The notes: a model not told the origin generated them from the letters alone. A DNA stretch of 60,953 nucleotides from Ignavibacteria bacterium (GCA_037140715.1 JBAXDX010000002.1:1-60953), one strand, 5' to 3'. Counted from the stretch's first letter, positions 38,437 through 48,377 are shown. Numbers and translations: made by a program.

Positions 38437-40224
38437 ATGTCAATTTCAAGTGAACATAAATTCCATATACCCATTTTAGGGCTTGGATTTTCAATAGATA
38501 CACCGGTAAAAGTAGCAAAGTATGGGATATCATCAGTACTGTCGATAGGAAACGATGATCTTCTCGAAAGAATGCGCGCATATTATTTATCAAAGTCTGA
38601 TAGTCCCTATATTCCAATTGCCGAAAAGGAAGAAGATTCAAGAGCCAAAAGAGTTACAGCATATCTTAACATGGTATTTCAAATAGTAAAGCATCAGTTC
38701 GAAGTTTTGAAAAATTCCGAGTTTAACGCGGGTAGCGAGATTAGTAAATATCTCGAAATGTTGCCCGAATTTTCTGTATTAAAAATTAAATACAGAGAAA
38801 TGCTTGCTTCAAAGGATCAGAATGTTATTCAAAAGTTGCAACAATGGCTCCGTGAGAATATTAAACCCGGTTCAATTGATGTAAATATTATGACAAAACT
38901 GGATAAAGTAAATTATAAGTCCAACGGAGAAGCTCTCTCTGTTGAATACAACGATGCACACGCCGCCCTCAGAGGCTTTGCAAGAAGCGATTTATCAGGC
39001 TCAATCGTCCTCTCCGCCGGTATGAATCCGCGTTTGTTCAGCTACATGGAAAATCTTACTGAGTTTCATCCTGATTCTGAAGGGAACTTTAATAAGAAAT
39101 TAATCATTAAAGTAAGTGACTTCCGTTCTGCTATTATACAAGGAAAATTTTTAGCAAAGAAAGGGCTTTGGGTTTCAGAATACCGTATTGAATCAGGACT
39201 AAACTGTGGCGGACACGCGTTTGCTACCGATGGATACCTCTTAGGCCCTATTTTAGAGGAATTTAAGAACAGGAAAAGCGAACTATCAGCTTCTATTGGC
39301 GAAGTATATATTCAGGCAATGAGAAAAAAAAGCAGAATCATAGAGGCGGATAAACTTCAAATTGATATTACAGTACAGGGTGGAGTTGGTAAATCTACAG
39401 AGCAGGAGTTTTTGATACGTTATTTCGGTGTTCAATCGGTAGGATGGGGTTCCCCTTTCCTGTTAGTTCCTGAAGTAATGAATGTTGATGAAGTAACTCT
39501 GCAAAAATTATCCGAAGCAGGCGAAAATGATATTTACCTAAGCGGAACTTCACCGCTCGGAGTTCCTTTTTATAATTTAAGAAACAGCACTAAAGAATTA
39601 GAAAAGAAAGACAGAATCGATAGAGGTAAGTTCGGCAGTCCGTGCACACAAAATTTCCTTAAGTTCAATACAGAATTCACGGAAAGACCGATATGTACTG
39701 CATCGATTGAATTTCAGAAGAAAAAGATGAAGCAACTGCTGGAGAGGAACCTTCCGCCTGAAGAATATGAAAAAGAATCGGAAAAAATATTGGAAAAGGA
39801 ATGCCTCTGCGAAGGTCTGACCTGTGTGGCTCTTATTGTAAATGATATTCTGAATAGTAAAAAAAGCAGTGCTGTAACAGTTTGTCCTGGTCCTAATCTG
39901 GCATATTTCTCAAAAATATCCACACTTAAGGAAATGGTAGATCATATCTATGGCAGAATAAACCTGATAACTGATCCAAATCGTCCAAATATGTTCATCA
40001 AAGAACTGAACATATATATCGATTATTTCCATAAGCTAATTGAAGATAATATTAAGCCATTTTCAGATCATACAGAAAAATTCATAAAAACATTCAGGGA
40101 GAACCTGATAAATGGAATTAACTATTATAAGAAATTAATCCCGCATATTATTGAAGAACCTGAAAAGACAAGGGAAACGATGATCAGCCAGTTATCAACC
40201 ATGGAACAGAAGATACTTCAATAA
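38437..40224 (+). CDS. Uncharacterised 595-aa protein. The N-terminal ~400 aa may be an NMO/FabK/PfaD-like FMN TIM barrel, followed by a Cys-rich, helical C-terminal extension
   Basis: IPILGLGFSIDTPVKVAKYGISSVLSI (compare PIIQAPM..ST.ELA.AVS.AGGLG), RIESGLNCGGHAF (compare E(S/A)GGH), ITVQGGVGKSTEQEFLIRYFGVQSVGWGSPFLLVPE (compare V.AAGGI......A..LGA..V..GT.FL...E). Cysteines: SPCTQ, PICTAS, ECLCEGLTC, VCPGP. Family call is from memory and tentative. The CDS itself is well supported by length. Confidence 0.5.
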   Translation: MSISSEHKFHIPILGLGFSIDTPVKVAKYGISSVLSIGNDDLLERMRAYYLSKSDSPYIPIAEKEEDSRAKRVTAYLNMVFQIVKHQFEVLKNSEFNAGSEISKYLEMLPEFSVLKIKYREMLASKDQNVIQKLQQWLRENIKPGSIDVNIMTKLDKVNYKSNGEALSVEYNDAHAALRGFARSDLSGSIVLSAGMNPRLFSYMENLTEFHPDSEGNFNKKLIIKVSDFRSAIIQGKFLAKKGLWVSEYRIESGLNCGGHAFATDGYLLGPILEEFKNRKSELSASIGEVYIQAMRKKSRIIEADKLQIDITVQGGVGKSTEQEFLIRYFGVQSVGWGSPFLLVPEVMNVDEVTLQKLSEAGENDIYLSGTSPLGVPFYNLRNSTKELEKKDRIDRGKFGSPCTQNFLKFNTEFTERPICTASIEFQKKKMKQLLERNLPPEEYEKESEKILEKECLCEGLTCVALIVNDILNSKKSSAVTVCPGPNLAYFSKISTLKEMVDHIYGRINLITDPNRPNMFIKELNIYIDYFHKLIEDNIKPFSDHTEKFIKTFRENLINGINYYKKLIPHIIEEPEKTRETMISQLSTMEQKILQ

Positions 40225-40296
40225 CTTTATTCATTCATTTTGAAATTAAACGGTAATATCTGATAAAAACTAATAACAAACATAAGGAGAATAGTC

Positions 40297-40563
40297 ATGG
40301 TTAACAGCGTACTCGGAACAACTTCAAGCCAGTTACAGAGCCAGGTTTACTCAGCCGAACAAAAGAAAAGTGCACAAAAAACTGTCGAGACTACAAGTCC
40401 GAAAGTAATAGAAGCTCAAAATGATTTAGCCAAAAAGCTGATTGATATGATGAACGATAAAACATCCGGTAGCGCCAGCCAGGATAAGGTTACCGATTTC
40501 GTTAATAACCTGAAAAGCTCGCTTGATTCAGATCAGGGAATGATGGTAGACCGGAAGGCTTAA
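40297..40563 (+). CDS. Small hydrophilic protein (88 aa), unknown function
   Basis: Strong AAGGAGA lies 7 nt before the ATG. Ser/Gln/Lys-rich with no TM segment. Followed by a hairpin terminator. Confidence 0.5.
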   Translation: MVNSVLGTTSSQLQSQVYSAEQKKSAQKTVETTSPKVIEAQNDLAKKLIDMMNDKTSGSASQDKVTDFVNNLKSSLDSDQGMMVDRKA

Positions 40564-40691
40564 TAGTAAAAAGAGATATTTATAATACCTCCGTTTTTGA
40601 CTGACTGACCACGTTTGCCAACAAGTAGTAGTAACAAGATAACTCTTAGTGGAAATAGATTCGACTAAGACCCTCTCCGTTCATAAAACAT

Positions 40692-40715
40692 AAAAGCCAA
40701 CTCACGTTGGCTTTT
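40692..40715. terminator. Bidirectional rho-independent terminator between converging genes
   Basis: aaaagccaac-tcac-gttggctttt: 10-bp stem, 4-nt loop, A-run on one side and T-run on the other. Lies between the 40563 (+) and 40758 (-) gene ends. Confidence 0.65.
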
Positions 40716-40757
40716 ATAAAATTCATTCTTTTTGATTGTATAGTCATAAAACTTTGT

Positions 40758-41831
40758 TTACAAGACAGCCTTATTGACAACATCAGCAATTTTTTCAAGC
40801 GGAGAGATTATATCAGCATAACCTCCGTCAACAACTGCCTTAGGCATACCATAAACTACACAGCTCTCCTCGTCCTGTGCAATTACATAACCACCTATTC
40901 CCTTCAATTCTTTAAGAGCTTCATAACCATCTTTCCCCATGCCGGTCATAATTATACCCAGCGTACTCTTTCCATAAACTTTGACAACAGAATTTACCAT
41001 TACATCAACTGCCGGGCGGTGAAGTGTATCTCCCGGTTTTTCAGAAATATCAATTACATTGCTACCGAGTCCGGATTTATGAACCGTCATGTGGAATCCA
41101 CCTGGAGCAAGATATACCACTCCATTTTTAATAACATCATTATGTTCGGCTTCTTTTACCTCAAGCTCGCTCATACTGTTTAAACGGTCAGCAAGCGACT
41201 TGGTAAACTTAGGAGGCATGTGCTGAACAATAAACATCGGGCAATTAATATTTTTCGATATCTTTGGAATAACTTTCTGAAGCGACATTGGTCCGCCCGT
41301 GGATACTCCAAGAACGATTGCCTTATAACCAATCCTCGGTAATGAGCTTAAAGGCGCAGATGCGAATGAAACCGGTCTGCTTTCAGACGGACCTGTCTGC
41401 ACCTTTCTTAAACGCAATTGAACAGCACGTTGCCTGACAATTGCCTTGACTCTCTTAATTAAGTCCTCTTTTATCTTTATAATATTAACACTAACATAAG
41501 ACAATTCTTTTGGTATGAAATCAACTGCACCTAATTCAAGAGCCCTAAGTGTAGCCTCGGCACCTTCGGTTGTAACCGAACTTACCATTATTACAGAGGT
41601 AGGACATTCAGACATAATTTTACCAAGCGCCGTCAGACCATCCATCCGTGGCATCTCAACGTCCAGAGTTACAATATCAGGTTTAAGAGCTTTTATGAGA
41701 TTGAACCCTTCAAGTCCATCCCTTGCCGTACCAATGACTTCTATTTCCGGATCAGATTCAAGCATAATAGAAAGAGACTTTCTCATGAATGCCGAATCAT
41801 CAACAACGATTGCCCTGATTTTATTAATCAA
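40758..41831 (-). CDS. cheB: Chemotaxis response regulator protein-glutamate methylesterase
   Basis: Receiver domain (VDDSAFMR..DVEMPRMDG), then GVSTGGP and GMGKDG..IAQDEESCVVYGMP. 4-nt overlap with the cheA stop. Confidence 0.92.
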   Translation of the reverse strand: MINKIRAIVVDDSAFMRKSLSIMLESDPEIEVIGTARDGLEGFNLIKALKPDIVTLDVEMPRMDGLTALGKIMSECPTSVIMVSSVTTEGAEATLRALELGAVDFIPKELSYVSVNIIKIKEDLIKRVKAIVRQRAVQLRLRKVQTGPSESRPVSFASAPLSSLPRIGYKAIVLGVSTGGPMSLQKVIPKISKNINCPMFIVQHMPPKFTKSLADRLNSMSELEVKEAEHNDVIKNGVVYLAPGGFHMTVHKSGLGSNVIDISEKPGDTLHRPAVDVMVNSVVKVYGKSTLGIIMTGMGKDGYEALKELKGIGGYVIAQDEESCVVYGMPKAVVDGGYADIISPLEKIADVVNKAVL

Positions 41832-43642
41832 ACTTCTTCCGTTAAATTATTTATTAATTCACCAACATCTATAATCATTACAACCTTGCCATCCCCCATA
41901 ATTGTCGAGCCGGCAATCCCCTGTATATTGCCAAGGTAGTTACCGAGAGACTTGATAACTACTTCCTTTTGTCCAACTAGCTCATCTACCCTTACACCAA
42001 ACCTCTTTTCAGCAATACCTACAATAACAACATACTGCCATTTATTGCTGTTCTCGTCAAAATTATCCGCATAAAGCATTTTATCGATTCTAAGAAGCGG
42101 AAGCACGCTGTCCCTTATCCTGATTACTTCATCCTGATTAATTGTCTTTATCTCATCATTGGAAACCCTGACAACTTCCACAACGGAATTAAGCGGAATA
42201 ACCACAGTTTCGGTATTTACCTTGACCAGCAATCCCTGAATAATTGCAAGCGTAAGGGGAAGTTTAATTATAATCTTTGTACCCTGATCGATTACAGATT
42301 CAACATTTATTAAACCACGCAGCTTAGTTACATTTGTCTTAACAACATCCATCCCAACGCCACGGCCTGAAACGTTTGTTACAATATCATTGGTAGAAAA
42401 TCCTGGAAGGAAAATTAGATTATATACTTCCTGTCTGGAGAGTTCAGATGCCTTTTCCTTTGTAAGCAGACCCTTGGCAATAGCTTTTTCTTTCAACAAA
42501 TCAGGATTAATGCCCTTACCATCATCCTCAATAGTAATGATTATGTTATTGCCTTCATGCTCAGCTGAAAGAGTAACCGTACCCTGCGGATTTTTCCCTT
42601 TCTGTATTCGCACATCAGGCATCTCGACTCCATGATCAACCGAGTTACGAATAAGATGGACTAAAGGATCATTTATCTCTTCAATTAGTGTTTTATCCAG
42701 TTCTGTCTCTTCACCATTTATTACAAGCTGAATATCTTTCTTCAGATCTTTACTCAAATCCCTGACTATTCTTGGGAAGCGGTTAAATACCTTCCCGATT
42801 TTAATCATTCTTGTTTTCATGACTGCAAGCTGAAGCTCGGTAGTCATCAGGTCTATCTGTTTGGAAGCTTCAGCCAGGTCGCGTGATAACTTTGTACCTT
42901 CATACTCCAAAGCTACTTCGGCATTTACCTGGGCAAGACGATTTCTGCCAAGTACAAGTTCGGAAACAATATTAAGCAACTCATTAAGACGCTCAACATC
43001 AACACGTATTGTATTATCAGTCTGCTTTGCAATGGGTTTATTATCAATATCTTTATCTTTATTCATGCCGATGTGTGCAACCTTTACAGCCAGAACTAAT
43101 TCCGGCTCTTCATCTGACTCATCCTGATGTTCTGTTCCAATGTCAGGAGCGGAGTTTTCCAGTTTAATTTCTGTTTGTGCATGGATCACAACAGGCTTTG
43201 GAACTGATTCCGTTTTGATCCCTGTTTCGAGTTCTTTTGAAATTCTTTCGAGCATATCTAACGTATCATCAATATCAACATCTTCATTTTTATTAGTCTC
43301 AATAGACGATACAAGACTTTTCATTTTGTCATAAGCCGCAAGTATGCCATCCATAACATCATTAGTAAGCTTTGCTTCCCTCTTACGAAGCTTGTTCAAT
43401 ATATCCTCGCCCCTGTGAGTTACCTTAGTAAGGCGGTCCAGTCCCAAAAATCCCGAGGTGCCTTTAACCGTGTGAAATGATCTGAAAATAGAATTAAGAA
43501 GATCAATATCTTCCGATTTTTTTTCAATCTCAACTAGTTCTAAATCCAGCTTCTCAAGTATCTCCTTGGTTTCAACAATAAAACTTTCAAAGATTTCCTT
43601 CATTTCCGGATCATTTAACAACTGATGAAGTTCTGATTCCAT
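41828..43642 (-). CDS. cheA: Chemotaxis histidine kinase
   Basis: Hpt FRSFHTVKGTSGFLG, HATPase HLIRNSVDHG, DDGKGI, GRGVGMDVV, and a C-terminal CheW-like domain. Confidence 0.92.
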   Translation of the reverse strand: MESELHQLLNDPEMKEIFESFIVETKEILEKLDLELVEIEKKSEDIDLLNSIFRSFHTVKGTSGFLGLDRLTKVTHRGEDILNKLRKREAKLTNDVMDGILAAYDKMKSLVSSIETNKNEDVDIDDTLDMLERISKELETGIKTESVPKPVVIHAQTEIKLENSAPDIGTEHQDESDEEPELVLAVKVAHIGMNKDKDIDNKPIAKQTDNTIRVDVERLNELLNIVSELVLGRNRLAQVNAEVALEYEGTKLSRDLAEASKQIDLMTTELQLAVMKTRMIKIGKVFNRFPRIVRDLSKDLKKDIQLVINGEETELDKTLIEEINDPLVHLIRNSVDHGVEMPDVRIQKGKNPQGTVTLSAEHEGNNIIITIEDDGKGINPDLLKEKAIAKGLLTKEKASELSRQEVYNLIFLPGFSTNDIVTNVSGRGVGMDVVKTNVTKLRGLINVESVIDQGTKIIIKLPLTLAIIQGLLVKVNTETVVIPLNSVVEVVRVSNDEIKTINQDEVIRIRDSVLPLLRIDKMLYADNFDENSNKWQYVVIVGIAEKRFGVRVDELVGQKEVVIKSLGNYLGNIQGIAGSTIMGDGKVVMIIDVGELINNLTEEV

Positions 43643-43692
43643 ATAACTTAATATTTAGGGTTTCAATTAATAAAAAAACAGACGCATTTAAT

Positions 43693-44460
43693 TTAAGAGA
43701 ATAATTTATCTATTTCATCCTGCGAGGCTTTCATATTTTCTTTCTGAACTAAATCATTGATCATATCCTGACGGTCAGAAGACTTGTCATAAGAAGCATT
43801 TGGGTCAAACGTAGCCCCTTCAGGCGCGGTAAAATTAACGGGAGGACCAGGCAACGCTGGCGATTTTAGGTCAGCATCGTCAATATCACGTATTAGTTTC
43901 GCCAGACGATCTTGTACTGATTCAATCAGATGAGTAACAGATGCAAGTTGTTGCGATGTTATATCCTGAACCTGAAGGGATAATGTAATATTATATGTAT
44001 CATCCTTAATCTTCGGAAAATACTGAATTATATTACCGATTGAGTCAATAGTAATATTAGCTTCATTATACTGTTTTAACAATTCTCCAGCCTCAGGATT
44101 ACCTGCCAGCAAAATGGAAAGCTTTTCGTAAATTTCGTTCTTTTTATTTTCAGTAGAAATAAGTTCTTTAAGCAAAGATTCAATATTATTCAGGCTATTT
44201 GATATTACATCGACAAGGTCGAGAATTTCCGTTGTAGCCAGCTCGGTAGCATTAGTAACATTACTTATCTGGTCTGTGGCCCTTGGGATTTTGGCTGTAC
44301 TTTCAGCTATCGAATGGTTGATATTCTCAAGTAACGGCCCGGTATCCTGCATAAAATCTACAAGGCTCTGAAGTACCGGAACTATTTTTTGTCCATACTG
44401 AAACAAGGCCTTGATGTCACTTAATTTTTCAAAAAGCTGCGACATATTAATATTTTTCAT
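43693..44460 (-). CDS. cheZ: CheZ-like CheY-P phosphatase
   Basis: LSLQVQDITSQQL carries the D-x3-Q catalytic spacing of E. coli CheZ (FQDLTGQ). C-terminal ASQDEIDKLFS resembles the CheY-binding tail ASQDQVDDLLDSLGF. Sits between cheY and cheA. Confidence 0.65.
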   Translation of the reverse strand: MKNINMSQLFEKLSDIKALFQYGQKIVPVLQSLVDFMQDTGPLLENINHSIAESTAKIPRATDQISNVTNATELATTEILDLVDVISNSLNNIESLLKELISTENKKNEIYEKLSILLAGNPEAGELLKQYNEANITIDSIGNIIQYFPKIKDDTYNITLSLQVQDITSQQLASVTHLIESVQDRLAKLIRDIDDADLKSPALPGPPVNFTAPEGATFDPNASYDKSSDRQDMINDLVQKENMKASQDEIDKLFS

Positions 44461-44469
44461 TCTTTTTAC

Positions 44470-44850
44470 CTATTGAACATGAGCTAAAATTTGATCTATT
44501 TTTTCTTTTAATATCTGCGGTGTAAATGGTTTTATAATATAATTGTTTACCTTAGCCTGAAGAGCTTCGATAATGTCTTCCTTAATACCGCGCGTGGTAA
44601 CCATAAGGATAGGCATTTTCATATACTTTGCATCCGCTCTCATTGCCTTTGTCAATTCCAGCCCTGTAAAAACGGGCATATTCCAATCTGTGATTACAAA
44701 ACTAATGGTATCATCGGCTGCAAGTTTTGCAAGCGCGTCTTTTCCGTCAACGGCCTCTACGATACTGTCATAACCCAGATTCTTTAGTGAATTGGCGACG
44801 ATTCTTCTCATAGTACCAGAATCATCTACCACAAGAAATTTCATGGACAT
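44470..44850 (-). CDS. cheY: Chemotaxis response regulator CheY
   Basis: Single receiver domain: VVDDSGTMRR, DWNMP, VTTRG, IIKPF. Confidence 0.88.
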   Translation of the reverse strand: MSMKFLVVDDSGTMRRIVANSLKNLGYDSIVEAVDGKDALAKLAADDTISFVITDWNMPVFTGLELTKAMRADAKYMKMPILMVTTRGIKEDIIEALQAKVNNYIIKPFTPQILKEKIDQILAHVQ

Positions 44851-44858
44851 ATATTACC

Positions 44859-45224
44859 TCAATTTAAATATTTAGAAACTTCGTAATGTATTCTTTTCGG
44901 GTCGAAAGGTTTTATAAGATAACTGCTTGCTCCATAACTCATTCCCTTTTCTATTTCTTCACTTCCTGATAAAGAAGAAAGAATAATTATAGGAATATCT
45001 TTATATTCCTCGTTACCCTTTATAGTCTTGATTAATTCAAACCCATCCATGTTTGGCATGTTAAGATCTGTTATAACCAGATCAATCCTGCTTGATGGCA
45101 ATTTCTCCAAAGCTTCCATTCCATCGCAAGCAGAAATTACTTCAAAGCCATGCATAGTTAAGGAAAATGAAATAAATTTTCTTATCGTAGGAGAATCATC
45201 CGCAATTAAAATGACTTTTTTCAT
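44859..45224 (-). CDS. Second single-domain CheY-like response regulator
   Basis: IADDSPTIRK, TDLNMPNMDG, ILSS, YLIKPF. Confidence 0.8.
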   Translation of the reverse strand: MKKVILIADDSPTIRKFISFSLTMHGFEVISACDGMEALEKLPSSRIDLVITDLNMPNMDGFELIKTIKGNEEYKDIPIIILSSLSGSEEIEKGMSYGASSYLIKPFDPKRIHYEVSKYLN

Positions 45225-45234
45225 TCTATTTTAT

Positions 45235-46143
45235 TTACTCCTTTTTGTAACCAATAGTTTTAGGATAGCTGACCAACTTAAAGGCTTTCGATATTCCATG
45301 AAGCGTTTCTGAATAACCGATAAACAAATATCCGCCTTTATAAAGTGAATTGTAAATGTGCGAAACTACTTTTATCTTGGATTTAACATCAAAGTAAATT
45401 AGTACGTTGGCACAGTAAATTATATCAAAGTTGAGCATTGCCTTCATGCTTAGATCATCATAAAGATTTAACAGTTTAAAGGTAACCATGCTCTTAATAT
45501 TTGGATCAATTTCGTATGTATTGCCAGATGTCTTGAAATATTTTTTCAGGTAATACGGAGGTGTATTGCGTATCGAATAATCTCTGTATAATCCTTTCTT
45601 TGCCGTATCAATCATCGCCTGATTAATATCGGTGCCTACAATCTCAAACTCAAGCCCCTGATACTTTGGTTTTACAAGATCTGTCAGAGTCATGGCAATT
45701 GAATAAGCTTCCTCGCCCGATGAAGATGCCGCACTCCAAATCCTGATTCTCTTTTTGTTGACTTTATTCGGACTGTTCACAATCTCAGGTATAATCGAAG
45801 TTACCAAGGCATCAAGTTGTGGCTGATTTCTGAAGAAAAAAGTCTCATTGATCGTAATAGCTTCGTAAAGATAGCGCAACTCGGGCTGCCGGTTTGGATG
45901 ATATTTAATGTAATCTAAATATGCATCAAATGAATCAAGCCCTAAAAAGCCAATTCGCTTCTGAAGCCTGCTCTCCATTAAATATTTCTTGTTATCTTGG
46001 AAATAAATACCGCATATATCGTAAATATATTTACGCCAGGTTTCAAATGTTTTATCAGAAAGCACTATCTGACTTCTACCAGAAAATGTAAACCCTTCAC
46101 CTGGTTGAGTGTTTTGCATATCCATATTTGGTAAATCGCTCAT
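45235..46143 (-). CDS. cheR: Chemotaxis protein methyltransferase
   Basis: INETFFFRN, RIWSAASSSGEEAYSIAM, IYCANVLIYFD, GGYLFIGYSE. Confidence 0.9.
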   Translation of the reverse strand: MSDLPNMDMQNTQPGEGFTFSGRSQIVLSDKTFETWRKYIYDICGIYFQDNKKYLMESRLQKRIGFLGLDSFDAYLDYIKYHPNRQPELRYLYEAITINETFFFRNQPQLDALVTSIIPEIVNSPNKVNKKRIRIWSAASSSGEEAYSIAMTLTDLVKPKYQGLEFEIVGTDINQAMIDTAKKGLYRDYSIRNTPPYYLKKYFKTSGNTYEIDPNIKSMVTFKLLNLYDDLSMKAMLNFDIIYCANVLIYFDVKSKIKVVSHIYNSLYKGGYLFIGYSETLHGISKAFKLVSYPKTIGYKKE

Positions 46144-46163
46144 ATTTAATCAGCTCTGTTTTC

Positions 46164-47552
46164 TTAGTTAGTAATTCTGCGTTGACTTAATGCCCAGTTA
46201 GCTCTTTCTCTGACCATTTCATCAGGGTCATTAGCCAACTTTTTAATTACTTCATCTATTTTTTCACCGGGTCGGCTCTCTATCATCTCAAGTACTTTCA
46301 TCCGGTTCCAGATATTATCATCTTCAACCATAGTATCTAAAAATATAAGTGCAAATTCAAGGTTTATAATAAATAATAACTCATAAGATGATTTTCTGAT
46401 TTCTTCATCAGGATTATCAAAACACAAGGTAAAGGAATCGCTTAAATTCCGCTTATCTATTTCGCTTAGATGGTCAAGGCTTTTACCGTTGAAGTCAACC
46501 ATATCCTTTAACAGCCATAACAGGTTCTTCAGATTACCCGGTTTTTCCCTAATAAGCACAGCAAGTTTGTGATAAATAATTTTTGCGAATTCAAAAAATG
46601 CCGGACGAATATTTTTATCAATCTCGATGTCCTCTCCATATATATGAAGAAGCGCATCCATAATATCCTTATCGTCAAAGACAGAAATTAAACTGGTAGC
46701 AGCTATCTTATATTTTATTTCAGCTTCCATCAGGGTATATAGAATAGAATTTTTTATATTTTCATCAAATGGAATATCAAGCCCGAGCCTTTCTTTCATC
46801 ATACATAATGAAGAAATAATCGGCCAAATAATCGGACCGGTAATTTTTGTAAGTTCTGATAATAGAAAATAAAATGTGCCTTCGTTACCTATCGAACCAA
46901 AACTTTCTATAATTGAAAATTTCGTAAGGTCGTCTTCTACATAGTATTTGTCCATGATAAAATGAAGAGCTTCCTGTGATTCCATTTTGCCGAAAGCTTC
47001 AATTATTGTAGGACGGTAAAGCTCGTTTTCTTCATAGATTTTTATCAGTTCAGGAATAGCCGGCTGATATTTAATATTGCCTAAAGCCTCAAGACATGAA
47101 AGAATAACATTGTCGTTCGTGTTTGTTCTCAAAACATCAAGTATCTTTGATACTGGTTTTTCTTTTCCGATAAGCCCGAGCAGATCAATTATAAACTTCT
47201 TGCAGTCGTCATTGCCCAGCTCTATACTGGCTTCCATCTCATCAATACTGTTCTCCCCGATTCTTAAGAGAACTTCACCTGCAAGATTTCTGATGCCGAT
47301 TTCAGAAGATGAAACAAGCGGGACAATAAACTTTGGAATTAAAGGATTACCGTTAAAAATAAGCGTAAGCGAAACAGCATCCCTGACGCCTTTATCTTCA
47401 TCAGAAAGCATCTGGCAGAGTATCCTGACGGTTTCTTCGTCAAGCTCTTTATTCATAAAATCTTCGACTATCGACCTGCGCTCTGAAGGATTTTCCGATT
47501 TCAGGGCTTTTATTTCACTTTCAGTTAAAACAGTTGAAATACTCATCCTCAT
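46164..47552 (-). CDS. HEAT-repeat protein, first gene of the che operon
   Basis: Repeated ~30-aa helical units with D..VR..A...LG-type signatures (DKGVRDAVSLTL, EIGIRNLAGEVL, DPDEMVRERANWAL). 20 nt upstream of cheR. Confidence 0.65.
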   Translation of the reverse strand: MRMSISTVLTESEIKALKSENPSERRSIVEDFMNKELDEETVRILCQMLSDEDKGVRDAVSLTLIFNGNPLIPKFIVPLVSSSEIGIRNLAGEVLLRIGENSIDEMEASIELGNDDCKKFIIDLLGLIGKEKPVSKILDVLRTNTNDNVILSCLEALGNIKYQPAIPELIKIYEENELYRPTIIEAFGKMESQEALHFIMDKYYVEDDLTKFSIIESFGSIGNEGTFYFLLSELTKITGPIIWPIISSLCMMKERLGLDIPFDENIKNSILYTLMEAEIKYKIAATSLISVFDDKDIMDALLHIYGEDIEIDKNIRPAFFEFAKIIYHKLAVLIREKPGNLKNLLWLLKDMVDFNGKSLDHLSEIDKRNLSDSFTLCFDNPDEEIRKSSYELLFIINLEFALIFLDTMVEDDNIWNRMKVLEMIESRPGEKIDEVIKKLANDPDEMVRERANWALSQRRITN

Positions 47553-48377
47553 GACCTTTTTTCGGTTGAAAAATATTATATATAGAAAAGCTAATTATTT
47601 AAAACTTATCTTCGTTGCCTTCATTAGATAAGTCAAAACTTTTTTGGTATTCAGTCAAAATAAATTTATTAGAATACAAAATACTACTCTGCTTATTTAA
47701 ATGCCATAATATAGCATGAAATTTCGAAATATTATCAGACATTATTGGGTGTACGACAAATTTCCATCTTAATTATACTCATTTTTGCTGTTATACAGGC
47801 GAAGTCCCGTTACAGACCTGCCAAAGATTTTACCAGAGAAGTGTATTCAGAATCTATAAGGTTACTGGTTAACAGCGTAAAACCCGTCTTACGTTCCTGC
47901 ATTATTAATACAATTACCAGAAAGGCTCTTTCCCGTCCATAAATGGCATATTTTATTTCGGAACAGGTTTGGTGAATTGCAGAAATCGCCTGTGTACTAA
48001 AAAAAGCTTAGTATGGAAATAATTGCGCCCGATAAATTTCCCTTCAGGCATAATAAAATGCCATTTTCTGCTTTCCCATTCTGTATCATTCTTTTATTGA
48101 AGGAAATTTGTAGTACACTCCATGAAAGTTTTCATCCCGATTAATTCTTTATTCCATTTGATAATCTGTAATGATGCTGAGTATATACGATTTTAAAGTA
48201 CTGCTTTGAATATCTGAGATATATTATCTGGCAAAATCTTATGCTGGTATGGTACTATAATAATAGTTTAATTCTTTGTAGATGAGTATTTCGAATGGAA
48301 ACAAGCAGGATATCACGAAGACAGATAATTATCCGTCCTGATAAACGTGATATGAAATTAAATGGGAAGGGATTGGA

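Noticed and set aside
37956-38641. ORFs 37956..38273 (-) and 38309..38641 (-)
   Set aside because: Their composition is odd (Cys/Arg/Leu/Phe-rich) and they have no start context. The second overlaps the well-supported plus-strand gene starting at 38437.
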